This document shows, one piece after another, positions 13,091 to 26,798 of a DNA stretch of 64,000 bases. A program made the position numbers and the translations under genes. The notes beneath the pieces were generated by a model. It made no database searches. It was given only the letters and a program-made list of their open reading frames with translations, and had not been told where the DNA came from. The number at the start of each line of letters is the position of its first letter. The stretch's first letter is position 1. This DNA comes from Paraspadella gotoi (taxonomy: Eukaryota > Animalia > Chaetognatha). Location of the stretch: assembly GCA_051294375.1 (NCBI GenBank), contig CM119264.1, positions 27,830,353-27,894,352 on the forward strand, written 5' to 3'.

Positions 13091-14634
13091 GTCGAAAGTG
13101 CAACGTGCATGTAAATCTTCGACGGAGACAAACATTCCATTTTAATCGCGCTTTTTTATACAGAATGGTTTATAACAAACTAAATCTTTTGTGTCGACAA
13201 AATTTACAACGACTGTTAACTTTTCACTTTTATTTATAATAGTTTTTTTTTCAGTATTTCGTCAGTATTTCTTTTTTAATCAACGGAGGATAAACATTGC
13301 AAGAATTATTAATACTTTAACTCTATTCAATATAATTTTCATAACATTTCGTTTTTTTACCCTAAAGAACGTAGTCTTCCATAAAATAAATGTCTCTTAA
13401 CATTAAGAAATAATTATATTTAAAAAAAGATAATTATGCAGTACGATCAGCGTTATCCAATTTTAATTCTTTATTAATTTACTCTGCGTTTTATACATAA
13501 AGCTGCATGTTTTACGGGATATATAGATATTATATATTCCGACTTTTAATTTTGACAGTTTTTTTTTATCTATTTGCCAAACGAGGAAACGAAGAAAGAA
13601 CTAAAAGTAAAAGTAAAGTGCATCGCTTATCACTTTTTAACATGATTTATTTCCTGCATTTTGGATCTGTCATCGAGAACTTGTTTCCCCCCCCCTGGCC
13701 AACCCCCCCCCCACACCTCCCCCCTCTTTAAAAAAAAAAGAGCAACGCACACACGCTGATCTCATTTTCGTCGCACAGTTTTTGTTTTTGTTTGATTGAC
13801 GTTCGTGACCGAAAAGCTCGAATCTTTCATATTGCATCGCATTTTCATTGCATTTTCATTGCATTTTGCTTCCATTTGCATCTCTTGCTTCCTAAATTGT
13901 TTCCTTCTCATTCCTATCATCAATTTTTATTTGTATCTTTTTTCTTTGTTGAATAAAAAGTTGAAAATTAAATTGTGACTATAGTTTTTTCTTTTTTTTT
14001 AGGGAGAGTGATGACAATCATTTATGCAATGCGAATAAGTTACTTATTCTCAAAAAGGCAAGGGTTTTTATCGGATAAAAATCAATAAAACTACAAAAGC
14101 TAAATCTACTAAATCAAAATCTACTGAATCTCAGAGTCAGTCTAATCAATAAAAATCTGGGAAATTTACTAAATCTAAATCTACTTAATATTTTGAACCA
14201 AATTTAAATGTAATGAATCTGATTCTATTAAATCAAAATCTACTACTGTAAATTTGAATCTACTAAATCTAAATATGCTAATATTTATATGATAAATTTA
14301 AATCCACTAAATCTAAATCTAAATCTTCATCCTCATCCTCATCAAATTAGTTTGGACAGAAATGGTCGTTAGAGCGCCTGTCTTTTGGAGACCAACAAAT
14401 TTTCAACTCTGAAAGAAAAAACTTGGCATCTTGAAGGTCATTTTAATTCAGTTCTCTCGCTCTCTCTCTCTCTTTTCCTTTTATTTCCATCTCTCTCTCT
14501 TTCTCTTTTCCTCTCTCTGTCTTTCTCTCTTTCTCTATCTCTCTCTCTCTCTCTCTTTCTCTCTCTGTCTGCCTCAATGTCAATTTGGAATTGATTCAAA
14601 GACAAGCCATTAATTTTCTTTTTTTCTTTTATTG

Positions 14635-14756
<122 letters not shown>

Positions 14757-15737
14757 CAACAAATCCGTCGGAAACAAATTCGGTATTTTTCTTTATTATT
14801 CGAATTCACTCAATTTTCAAGAAAAAAATTTGTATATTAAATTCAGAAAATGACGAAAAATCGATTTCAATCATCGTTATTATCATGTCATAATCATAAT
14901 TATATCATAACAATAGATATTCTATTTTTTCACATCCATTTCAGCTAAGAAAAAAATTCTCATCAAATTATTTTTGCGCTTAAATATTTGGTAACTTTTG
15001 TCACCAAATCGTTTTAGGTTTGTGGAAAAATTAAAATGCAGTGTAGTTTACTTACCATCTACTTTTCTTTCTCCCCACTTACTACCCATTTCCTTTCTCA
15101 ACCCTCTCTCTCTCTCTCTCTCTCTCCATCTAACCTCCCTCTCTCCTTCACTCGCTCTCTGTTTTCCCAAGCTTTTAAAGAAAATCCATGAATCGTTTTT
15201 TTTAATATTCCGGAAAATCACCCGCGGGAATTTCTTTACTCTGACATCCAAATTAGAGACAAATGAATGAATGAATAAATACATGAACCAATGAATGAAC
15301 GAATGAATTTAAAAATTTAGTAATTGAAGGAATTAATTAATGAATGATTGAAAAAAGAATGAATTACCTAATGAATAAATGCGAGGATAATTAATTAAAT
15401 GATGAAATTAAAGATAAGATGAAGGAATGAGAGAAGTCGAGGAATAAATAATTTATCACTTAAAAAATCTGCCGTCAAATTTAAGTCGAGTAATCTGAAA
15501 GCGTCAACTCATTAGGAAAAAGGAATTAGAGAGAGAGAGAGAGAGAGAGAAGAGGAAGATGAGATGATGGAGAGAGAGATAGATAGCTGAGAGAGATGAG
15601 GAGACTGAGGAGAGGAGAGGAGCAGAGAGACGCTTCATTTTCCAGCCAAACTCCGATATATATCGTTTTTTTCTTTCTCCTGGAGACGACAATTTTTTTC
15701 TCCGAACCCGATGTTACCCTGACACCCCGAAGCGGTT

Positions 15738-15770
<33 letters not shown>

Positions 15771-17144
15771 GCCTCCGCCGCCGGGAAAATGGAAAAATGG
15801 ATTCTTCCATCGACTAATGGAGTTCATTAGTTTATTTTCGCGCACCTGACTTCGACGGTCGATGGGAAAAGTGGGACTCTTGGGGTGAGAGGTGAGAATT
15901 GTGAAAAGTTTTTTGTGTGAGGGAGGAAGTGATACAATTAGAGTGAGGGGGGCGATAGCGTGTCTGTGAGCGATTGTCATCGTTGGAATTTAAAAGGGTT
16001 TTGTTAGTTGGTGAGACCAATTTCAAAATGAGAAGGAACCAGATGCAGCTTCGTTTTTCTCTTGATGTCAAAAATATTTTTGTCACCATTTGAAAAAAAC
16101 CGTCGAGTATTCGTCACGAAATTTGTGAACGTTCAATGAAGCCGGTGACTCTTCAGTGAGACGACTAACGCTTAACATCAAGTTTTTTTTCACTCTTTAG
16201 TGAAACGCGTCATGAAAGAATTTTCTGAATTCTTAATCTTATTGTGAAATATTTAACCTTCGCATGATTAATACAATTTTATCGAAGGATCGAAAGATTT
16301 ATTGTTGATCGTAAAAAAAATCGGAGTGGAAGATAAAAGGTGAAAATAAAAAGAAGAAATAAATCCTGAAATAAAATCAGAAAAACTCGTGACATAAGAT
16401 TAAGAAGTGGAAATAAAAAAAATGAAGAAAAAAGAAACTTCGGATGGAGGGAAGATAATAAATGAGATTATAGATTAAGAAGAGATGAGGAAGAGATGAG
16501 GAAGAGAAGAGAAGAGAAGAGAAGAGAAGAGAAGAGAGCGAGAAGAGAGAAGACAAAGATTTAAGACAAGCAAGACAAAGACAAGACCAAGACAAGGACA
16601 AGATAAGACCAGATGAGACAGACAAGATAAGACAAGAGCAGACAGACAAGACAAGACAAGACAAGACCAAGAACAAGACAAGACAAGACAAGACGACAGA
16701 CAAGAGACAAGACAACGACGAAGACAAGACAATACAGCAGACAAGACCAAGACAAGACAAAACAAAACAAGACAAGAGAAATAAGAAAAGAAGGGAGGAG
16801 GAAAAAAGACCAATGAAAAAAAAAGAAAAGCCTTCATACACAAACTAAGTATGTTCAAAATGTATGTAAAGTTTAAAGTCATTCTTTAAAATCATAAATC
16901 AGTAAAGTAAAAAAGAATCAGAATTAAAAACCACATCAGTGGGATAAGTGACTCAAAAAAGAAGGAAGTTGAAAAACGTACAAAAATGGGTTAAAAATGA
17001 AAAGCGTTAAAATGAGATGGGAGGAGCAGAAGAAAAAATGGGTTGAAGGAGGAGACAAAAAATGGAGAGAAAGAAAAAGTCGATTCGTCTTCTTGTTCGT
17101 CGCTTCGTCACTTTAAGGGTTGTGAAAATCACCGTGACAAAGAA

Positions 17145-17207
<63 letters not shown>

Positions 17208-18535
17208 AAGTCTATGAGATTGGTATTACAAGTTTACAACCAATATAAAAATTATCCATTCAATAAAAAGATAAGCTACCAGCTTCCGACTTTTCACAGG
17301 CGATGGCAGTTAAGTTCCGCTTTCCCTTTTCAATATTAGTAAAATATCCGGACTCCCAAAATATTTGAATTAATTCTCTCTTACAGTCTAGCTTATTAGT
17401 TCGCAGAGCATCTGACTCATCTATCAATGAACTGTTTTAATTGTAATATAAAAGGACCACACCCTTAAGTAATAAATTTTACTCTAAAATTGTACTAGCA
17501 TCTAAATACAAGAAGTTGACTGCTATTAAATTGGTTTAACCAATTTAATAATTATCCATTTATTTTAGTAATAAACTCTGAATTTTCCGTAAATATTTAC
17601 CTCGAATAAATAACTTGGTTACTTTACTCTTTTGAATCCCCATCGCTGCCTTTTCAAAAATAAGTTTTCCTTGCAAACACTTTACAGACGACAATGAATT
17701 GTCTTTCGCAAAGGAGTTAATATAAAAACCAAGTGTCGGCATCTAGCGGATTTGGCGGCTTTTTTTTAAAATTGGAGCGTCTTCCTTAATTTCCTCCTCC
17801 TCCTCTTCCTCCTCCCCTCCTCTTCTTACTCATCCAGATCCAATCATCCTCGTTTCATTTGCATTTTTACCCACAAGAGTAAGTGATTCAAAAAGAGAGG
17901 AGGAGAAAGAACAAGAGTAAAGGGAAGCGACCGGCGGAAGATGAAGTAAAATAATCGTAGTAAGGAGGAATGAATTCAATATCTCTCTCTCTCTCTCTCT
18001 CTCTCNNNNNNNNNNNNNNNNNNNNNNNNNNNNNNNNNNNNNNNNNNNNNNNNNNNNNNNNNNNNNNNNNNNNNNNNNNNNNNNNNNNNNNNNNNNNNNN
18101 NNNNNNNNNNNNNNNNNNNNNNNNNNNNNNNNNNNNNNNNNNNNNNNNNNNNNNNNNNNNNNNNNNNNNNNNNNNNNNNNNNNNNNNNNNNNNNNNNNNN
18201 NNNNNNNNNNNNNNNNNNNNNNNNNNNNNNNNNNNNNNNNNNNNNNNNNNNNNNNNNNNNNNNNNNNNNNNNNNNNNNNNNNNNNNNNNNNNNNNNNNNN
18301 NNNNNNNNNNNNNNNNNNNNNNNNNNNNNNNNNNNNNNNNNNNNNNNNNNNNNNNNNNNNNNNNNNNNNNNNNTCTCTCTCGTTCTCCTGTATAAAATTC
18401 ATCTAATTATTTGGCCTGATTGTCGGAAATGAATCCACAGACGGTCTATGGATTGAGCTGTGCTTTAGTTAAGTATATATTTATGTATCCATTTATCTCT
18501 ATATATTAATTAATTTGTTTTCAGTAACTATACAT

Positions 18536-18634
<99 letters not shown>

Positions 18635-19623
18635 TTTTATTTATTTATTTAACATTAAACGCCTTCACCTTATCCTCGGTTCTCCTTATTTTTTCCTATA
18701 TTTGTTTATTTCTTTTTATTTTCTTTGCTCTCCCATAAGCCGAGAGAGACTTTTACCCATGACCTCCACTTTTTCACTTTCCTCCCCCCAGGGGTCAGGG
18801 CGTGATCCCGAAGGCGTCCCACTCCCGAGGGTGGAGGGCGTGACATTTCGGGTGGTAAAAGCTGTGTTNNNNNNNNNNNNNNNNNNNNNNNNNNNNNNNN
18901 NNNNNNNNNNNNNNNNNNNNNNNNNNNNNNNNNNNNNNNNNNNNNNNNNNNNNNNNNNNNNNNNNNNNNNNNNNNNNNNNNNNNNNNNNNNNNNNNNNTT
19001 TTTTTTTCACTGGAGGCTTTTTTTTTTGGTTGACGATGTCGTGTCGCGCCAGTTTTATTAGTTTGGCAAAATAAAAATTATCTTTTGAAAATACATGAGA
19101 CATCTTACAATAAGAATAAAAGATCATGTTGATTTTGCGTCAAGGTTACTTCGATATTTGATTGTTTGATTGTTTAAAACTTTAAATATTTATCAGTATA
19201 ATTGACCAACGGAAGTGAAACTACCGTTCGGGGTAAACGTATTAATTAATGTGATATTTTGTCAGTGTCAAACTATTTTCTCTCTCTCTCCCTCTCTTCC
19301 TCTCTCCCTCTCTCCCTCATTCTCTCTCTCTCCCTCTCTCTCTCTCTCTCCATCTCCCCTACTGGATTCAACTGCACGTCTTCCGTTTGATTCTTTGACC
19401 TCTTTTTTCCCCTCACGTTATTTTTTCCTTCCTTTTTTCCTTTTTATCTCTTTTCATTTGAGGCTGAATTTTCCCAGTCTTTTTTTCTTCAAGATTCAGT
19501 GAAAACATATTTCAAGAAGAAAAAATGTTGAATATAAAAAGAAACTTTCTTTTTATCTTTCTTTCTCTCGTGGGAAGAAGAGAAGGCTGGAATCGTACTA
19601 GGGGGTTTTATCCGATTTCAAAA

Positions 19624-19659
<36 letters not shown>

Positions 19660-19903
19660 NNNNNNNNNNNNNNNNNNNNNNNNNNNNNNNNNNNNNNNNN
19701 NNNNNNNNNNNNNNNNNNNNNNNNNNNNNNNNNNNNNNNNNNNNNNNNNNNNNNNNNNNNNNNNNNNNNNNNNNNNNNNNNNNNNNNNNNNNNNNNNNNN
19801 NNNNNNNNNNNNNNNNNNNNNNNNNNNNNNNNNNNNNNNNNNNNNNNNNNNNNNNNNNNNNNNNNNNNNNNNNNNNNNNNNNNNNNNNNNNNNNNNNNNN
19901 NNN

Positions 19904-19939
<36 letters not shown>

Positions 19940-20038
19940 ATAGTTTAATCATACTTTATATAACTGAAGGTAAAATTATTAAAATTATAACATTTCGCTT
20001 TTCTATTCGTCATCACCAAACCTGCGGGATGATTTTAA

Positions 20039-20180
20039 TTCTTCAATCCTCACTTCTCAGTCCTCACTCTTTATTCTTCAATCCTCACTTCTCAGTCCTC
20101 ACTCTTTATTCTTCAATCCTCACTTCTCAGTCTTCACTCTTTATTCTTCAGTCCTCACTCTTCACTTTTCACTCTCAATT
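20039..20180. repeat. 35-bp tandem repeat built from 7-bp subunits
   Basis: CTTCAATCCTCACTTCTCAGTCCTCACTCTTTATT starts at 20041, 20076 and 20111. Confidence 0.85.
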
Positions 20181-20799
20181 ACTAAATTCTAAGCCATGTT
20201 TCAGACAGTCTTAGCGCCTAAGCGACAACCTTCCTCATTCAACAGATCTTCAGCTTTTAATATATACTAGTTTCCTCCGGTTCCTCCCTTTGACAAGAAC
20301 GAGGACCATTTCTCAGAAATGCGGAATCGCCAATGCATTTCAAAGAGACTCTCTCGAGTCTCTCTTCCTCTTCAGTCTTCACGTTAGACATTAAAACTTT
20401 AGCGGCAGCTGACGCCACGAGCGCTGCTCCGCCGCGGCTGTACCACGACATTCGATCTATACTATACCTTATCGTCATGTTTAACGTTAAGTATTCGCCA
20501 TTTTCTGCACAGTGCACACCGTCATTGGATTTGTTTTAATTTAGTAGAATGTTTTGAAGTCTGTTATTCGACCCTATATAGTCTATACTAAAAAACCGCG
20601 AGGGTTACAGAACCCATACTTCAGACGTCATCTTTTCCCATAGCGGATAATTTTCAGCACACAGGGTCCCACTCTACAGTCGCCAATTACCACCGGAATC
20701 AGACCACATCAAAACAATTCGACCACACCTGCGTCCACAGTCGGTTTTTTTCTTCTCCGCCTTCGATGCATCAACACAACAGTCCCCGTCACTCCTGGC

Positions 20800-21855
20800 A
20801 CCTTTATCCTTTCCTCAAATATCGCGCCCTTCTCAGGTGCCGCCTCTTTCTCTCTCCTCAGGTGCCTCGCCTTTCTCCCTTTCTCAGGTTCTGCGCTTTG
20901 CACAAGTGCCACCCCTCTCTTCTTTCCTCAATTGGCGCGCCTTGCTCAGGTGCCGCGCCTTTCTCCTTTTCTCAGGTGCCACTCTTTTCTCCCTTTCTCA
21001 GTTGCTGCGATTTGCTCAGGTGCTACCCCTCTTCCTTCCCTCAAGTGGTGCGCCTTTCTTATTTTTCTCAGTGCCTCTTCCTTTTCTTTCTCAGGTGCAC
21101 GCGCTTTTGCTCAGGTGCCTGCCCTCTTCCTTCCGCTCGAAGTGGTGCGCCTTTCTTTTTTCTCAGTGCCTGGCTTCGCTTTCCTCCCTTTCTAGGTGCC
21201 GGCGCTTTGCTGCAGGTGACGCACCCCTCTTCCTTCCCTTCAAGTGGTGCGCCTTTTTATTTTTCTCAGGTGCCCTCCCTTTCTCCCTTTCGTCAGGTGC
21301 CCCGCTTTGCTCAGGTGGCCGCGCTCTTCTTCCGCATCAAGTTGGCGCCCTTTTCTTATTTTTCTCAGGGTGCTCTCCTTTCTCCGACCTTTCTCAGGGT
21401 GCCTGCGCATTTTGCTCAGGTGGTGCCGCCTCTTCCTTCCCTCAAGTGGTGCGCCTTCTCTTAGTCTTCTCAGGTGCCTCTCCTTTCTCCCTTTTGACGA
21501 GGTGCGAGCTTCTGCTCACGGTGCCGGCCCTCTTCCCTTCCAGTCAAGCTGGCGGCCGGCCTTTCTTATTCTTATCAGTGCCTCTCCTTTCTCCTTTCTC
21601 AGGTGCTTGGCTTTGCTCAGGTGGCCGTGCCCCTCTTCCTTCCCTCAAGTTGGTTGCGCCTTTCTTATTTTGCTCGGTGCCTCTCTTTCTGCCTTTACTC
21701 AGGTGCCGCGCTTTGCTAGGTGTGCCGGCACTCTAATCAATTCCTCAGTGGCAGCGCCTTTCTTATTTTCTCAGGTGCCTTCCTTTCTGCCTTTTCTCAG
21801 TGTGCCGGCGTTGCTCAGGTTGCGGCCTCTTCCTCCGCTCAGTGGTGGCGCCTTC
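20800..21855 (-). repeat. ~100-bp higher-order tandem repeat (~11 copies), possibly coding AAPE-rich peptide units on the minus strand
   Basis: A CCTCAAGTGGTGCGCC-like anchor recurs about every 100 bp (~20925, 21038, 21134, 21236, 21438, 21641, 21838), with internal CTCAGGTGCC subunits. The minus-strand consensus reads roughly APEKIRKAAPLEGRKRAAPEQSAAPEKGRKE. Confidence 0.8.
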
Positions 21856-22027
21856 CAAATGAATTTTTATGTTCGCCGTCACTCACATGCGATAAATCAA
21901 TTCCATCCATTCCCACTATTTTCTCCTTTTCTTTCTTTCTTTTTCTCCGTTGCCAACACCTGACCCCCGGCGATGACTGACGCTCCAAAAGTCTCGCCCC
22001 CCGACAGCAATTCAACGGCCGGTTTTC

Positions 22028-22064
<37 letters not shown>

Positions 22065-22379
22065 CTTTTCCTTCCACGACTTCTCCTTTCCTTCCCGTCG
22101 CCTTTTGCTGCTGACAGAACCTGACCCACTTTTTTTTCGCTGGTTTGTTGAGTCGCGATTTTTTTTCTTGGAAAAAGTATGGAAGGTGGGTTAAGCGAAG
22201 CGGAATGATGCGATAGAAAGAAACGAGGTGAGGCACACGGGTGAGGCTGCTTCTTACTCTTCCTTTGTCTCCTTAGTTTGGTTTATTGTCTTTTCTCTAA
22301 TAATTTAGATTTTTATGGCATAGCGCGTTTTTTAAACGTCGGGGCCGAGATAGCTTATTTGTTAAATGAATGGGTAAAG

Positions 22380-22510
22380 GCGGTTTACGGCCGACCTCAC
22401 TCTTCACGCAGGTTAGGTAATAGGTTGGGATTGAACCAGGTACACAATGAGCCACCGGGTCACAACTGAAAGTCTCATGCTTATAGGCGGAGTGAACTTA
22501 GGCAATGCCT
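22380..22510 (-). mobile_element. tRNA-derived SINE, partial copy
   Basis: Reverse complement contains GCCTATAAGCATGAGACTTTCAGTTGTGACCCGGTGGCTCATTG..GGTTCAATCCCAACC..GAAGAGTGAGGTCGGCCG, matching the copy at 41719-41939. Confidence 0.75.
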
Positions 22511-22610
22511 TTTAGTAGATAATTTGATTTTCAATAAATGATCAGAGAATTCATTTTAGTTTTTTAATCAAGATATTAGGAAAAACAGTTTTTAAAGGTC
22601 ATTGATAGTT

Positions 22611-22660
22611 AAAGATCGCTGAAGAAGACTCTTAATAAAGAGTTGAAACTTGTCCGACTT
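22611..22660 (+). ncRNA. Minimal type I hammerhead ribozyme-like motif of the Penelope-element type
   Basis: CTGAAGA core (22619-22625), 7-bp stem II GACTCTT/AAGAGTT, GAAA (22645-22648), tiny stem III AC-TT-GT with cleavage triplet GTC (22652-22654), and stem I AAG(A)TCG/CGACTT. An AATAAA follows. Confidence 0.55.
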
Positions 22661-25279
22661 ATACCTAATAATAAAAATCGTTGTTGACCTGTTTTTCCTA
22701 ATTTATAAACACAACGAAAAGAAAGAATCATAACAATGTCTACCAATCAAGATATTGTATATTTCGTCTTTATTTTGGCGAAGACATGATTCACAACCAA
22801 TTTATAACATAATTCACAATTAGATCATAACAAAACCAGTAATGTTGACTGTTGAGCTTTAAAGCTAAAAACATACGAATGGCCAAAGGGGAAGAGAAAA
22901 TAAAATTACTCAATCCTTTAATTACTTCCAACAAGCTTCACTGGCTCCATAAACAAGCATTTGCAGTTGGTAAAAAAAAATGGTTTGAAAACATCTTGTT
23001 CGGCCACCGACGGGTCTCCTTCTTCCTTCAATCTCCTTCTCCTCCTCCTCTTCCTCCTCCTCCTCCTCCTCCTTCTCCTCCTCCTCCGCCCGGCGTAAGA
23101 CCGTCAACGAAGTCGTAAACCGTTTCAGTTACCAAAGGCCGTCTTGCCAGTTGTTGTTGTTGTTGTTGCTGTTGCTGTTGTTGCTGTTGCTGTCGATGTT
23201 ATTGTCGTCGTCCTCCTTCTCCTCTTCATTTTTGTTGTTGTTGTCGTCGTCGTCGTGAGGTTTAACTGTAAATTTTCTTAATATATATAATTTTCATGGT
23301 TTGTAAACTTTCATGTTTCAATTATAAAATCGTTGTCGTCTCATTCGTTATTCGATATAACTTATAAGGTGTTGTTACTGTCATCAGCTTTTTGCATATA
23401 ATTTCTTCATCCATGGGTTTGTTTTAGTGGCAGCTGTCGACCGTTGCAAAAAAAAAGTGGAAGGCAAATTGGCAGACGTAAAAAATTCTGGGCATCGTTG
23501 AGAAGAAAATGGAAAAGGTGGCACCAAGCATCGCGGTAGAATCGATCGGGGTGGCATCAAGCATAGTTGTTGAAAGGGAATGGGTGGTACCAAGCATCGT
23601 GGCAGAGACAGATAAGTTGGCTCCACGCATGAGGGCAAAAACGAAGAGTGGCAACCAGCATCGTGTCAACAGAAAGTAACTTTATTTAAAATTTATCTTG
23701 AAAGAAGAAGAAGAGAAAAGACCAAGAATGTTTTTAAATAACATCGCGTGAGCAAACTGTTTCTCAAGCCACTAAACGGTGAAACCAAATCACTTCTGTC
23801 GCCAAAAACTTAATTTCTGATTGACGTCACAACCTCGTTGCGAACGTTTGTTCTTTTTTTTTTTTTTTTGACTCTCTCTCTCGTACCAACTATCTCTCTC
23901 TGCCTCTTCTTCCTTTCTTTCTCCCAACTTCCTTTTTGCCCTCATCACTCCCTCTCTCTATTTCTTCCTCTTTTCCTCTTCGCTCACTCGCTCCCTGGCT
24001 TCCCGCCTTTCCTTCCTCTTCCCCTCCTCTCTCCTTAATTATACCCTCCCTTATATCTCTCCCTCTCTTTCTCCCATCTCCCTTCACTTCTCTCCTTCCC
24101 TTTCTCCCTTTCTCCCATCTCCCTGCCTTGCCTTCGCTCGTCCTTCTTTAATAAAATCCCAATCTCCCTTGCCCTCCCTGGTCCTCCCTTTCTCTGCCAT
24201 CCTCTCTCTTCTCCTTCTTCTTTCCCATGCTCTCCCGTCTATTTCCAGCTCCATCTCCGCTTCTTTTGTTTCTTCGCGCTTGTCGCCCCTGCAGCCTCCC
24301 TTTCTTTCCCTTTCTTTCATATCGCCTNNNNNNNNNNNNNNNNNNNNNNNNNNNNNNNNNNNNNNNNNNNNNNNNNNNNNNNNNNNNNNNNNNNNNNNNN
24401 NNNNNNNNNNNNNNNNNNNNNNNNNNNNNNNNNNNNNNNNNNNNNNNNNNNNNNNNNNNNNNNNNNNNNNNNNNNNNNNNNNNNNNNNNNNNNNNNNNNN
24501 NNNNNNNNNNNNNNNNNNNNNNNNNNNNNNNNNNNNNNNNNNNNNNNNNNNNNNNNNNNNNNNNNNNNNNNNNNNNNNNNNNNNNNNNNNNNNNNNNNNN
24601 NNNNNNNNNNNNNNNNNNNNNNNNNNNNNNNNNNNNNNNNNNNNNNNNNNNNNNNNNNNNNNNNNNNNNNNNNNNNNNNNNNNNNNNNNNNNNNNNNNNN
24701 NNNNNNNNNNNNNNNNNNNNNNNNNNNNNNNNNNNNNNNNNNNNNNNNNNNNNNNNNNNNNNNNNNNNNNNNNNNNNNNNNNNNNNNNNNNNNNNNNNNN
24801 NNNNNNNNNNNNNNNNNNNNNNNNNNNNNNNNNNNNNNNNNNNNNNNNNNNNNNNNNNNNNNNNNNNNNNNNNNNNNNNNNNNNNNNNNNNNNNNNNNNN
24901 NNNNNNNNNNNNNNNNNNNNNNNNNNNNNNNNNNNNNNNNNNNNNNNNNNNNNNNNNNNNNNNNNNNNNNNNNNNNNNNNNNNNNNNNNNNNNNAGAGAG
25001 AGAGAGAGAGCATAAACTGAATTAAATTAAAAGAATTATTGCAATATATGATCGATGAAGGAAAACGAATTTATCGATGATTTGAGGTGAGTCGTCTCAA
25101 CCGAAGACAAGTGAGTTAGTATTTAAGTGATGTTAGGTGATTACAAGAAAAAAAATGAATAAAATTAGTTTTAAAGAGGCCAGTGATTGGTTGGTGATTG
25201 GTTGGTGATTGAAGGTCGTTAAAAGGCGGGAGGCCAGACTTGACGATTGGCCTCGTCAATCACCAAGGTGAAACGAAGA

Positions 25280-25615
25280 CGACGTGAAAAGGAGACGTGA
25301 AAAGCGACGTGAGAGAGGATGTGAAACGCGATGTGAGAGCGAGTGTGAAAGGCGATATGAGAATGGATGTAAAACGCGATGTGAGAGAGGATGTGAAACG
25401 AGATGTGGGAGCGAGTGTGAAAAGCGATGTGAGAGAGGATGTGAAATGTGATGTCAGAGAGGATCTGAAACGCGATGTGAGAGCGAGTGTGAAAGGCGAT
25501 ATGAGAATGGATGTGAAAGGCAAAGTAAAAGCAGTTGTGAAAAGCAATGTGATAGCTGATGTGAAAGGCGATGTGATAGCTGATGTAAAAACCGACGTGT
25601 GAGCGGATGTGAAAG
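25280..25615. repeat. Minisatellite with 12-bp subunits (GATGTGARRNNN) and a ~60-bp higher-order unit; open reading on both strands
   Basis: GATGTGAAA/GATGTGAGA recurs every 12 bp. ORFs 25297-25602 (+, DVKR/DVRE repeats) and 25260-25547 (-). Confidence 0.8.
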
Positions 25616-26630
25616 TGTACCAGTCAAGCTTAGGGTTGAGTCGAGAAAGGGAGAAAAAAAGAAAACCTCTTTTATATCTCGAAGGTCATTAGTCTGGAGG
25701 AAATAAAAGATGTCATTTGAAAAAGGAAATCACGTCATTAGAAATAGACTCATGTTATGATTTATAATACTCGATTTACATTTTTTTTCTTTATCTTTTT
25801 CGTAACAGTTGTTACAGTAGATCAAGATTGCAAAAAAAAAACTCAGCTTATTCTGTCGAGGGTTAAGTTCATGAAATTTATGTTGATTGCTTTTTTTTAA
25901 TACAAAACTTTTATTTCAAAAGCTAATTAGCTATACATATATTGTTGAAATATATTTCATTTGGCAATAAAACCTGCAACTTTTGATAAACCTTATTTTC
26001 TATCCTATAGCATATTTGAAATTTTCTTCAGTCTAAAGTTTTGCTTTCCAATTTATATTTAAACCAAATGAAATAAGAATTGTTCAATAAATAAAGCATT
26101 CATACGGAAAGAAGAAAATTAAAAAAAAAAAAAATCCCCAGAAAAAAGAAAAACATAATTTGTCAAAAGTCAGGGACAAGATACATCGCATTTCTTAATT
26201 AAATAGATAATCCTTACATTGGTTGCACCAGATTCATAATTAACTTCATTTGTAGTAGCATTCTCTTTGATCTTTGAACAAGAGAGAAATAAAAATGGTC
26301 GACGGGTACTCGAGCGTTGCTCAGGGTTGAACGGTTTTCATTTGAATAATTCCAGCTCCCTTCTTCCATATGGCCGATTAAGGGACTGTCTCTCTCTCTC
26401 TNNNNNNNNNNNNNNNNNNNNNNNNNNNNNNNNNNNNNNNNNNNNNNNNNNNNNNNNNNNNNNNNNNNNNNNNNNNNNNNNNNNNNNNNNNNNNNNNNNN
26501 NNNNNNNNNNNNNNNNNNNNNNNNNNNNNNNNNNNNNNNNNNNNNNNNNNNNNNNNNNNNNNNNNNNNNNNNNNNNNNNNNNNNNNNNNNNNNNNNNNNN
26601 NNNNNNNNNNNNNNNNNNNNNNNNNNNNNN

Positions 26631-26731
26631 TTTATCTCAAGCTCTCCCTTCCTCTCTTCTCACCGCTCGGGGGGTTTTACGACTGTATAATTCCAACAGC
26701 GGCGTTAATTGGTTAGAATTACTGATACGCC

Positions 26732-26798
<67 letters not shown>

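Noticed and set aside
15840-15885. DGRWEKWDSWG before GTGAG, resembling a thrombospondin type 1 WxxWxxW start
   Set aside because: The upstream frame is closed and no following CSxTCG exon was found.
20766-21963. Long + strand ORFs of 232-299 aa
   Set aside because: They arise from a stop-poor tandem repeat. If coding at all, the minus-strand AAPE frame is more protein-like.
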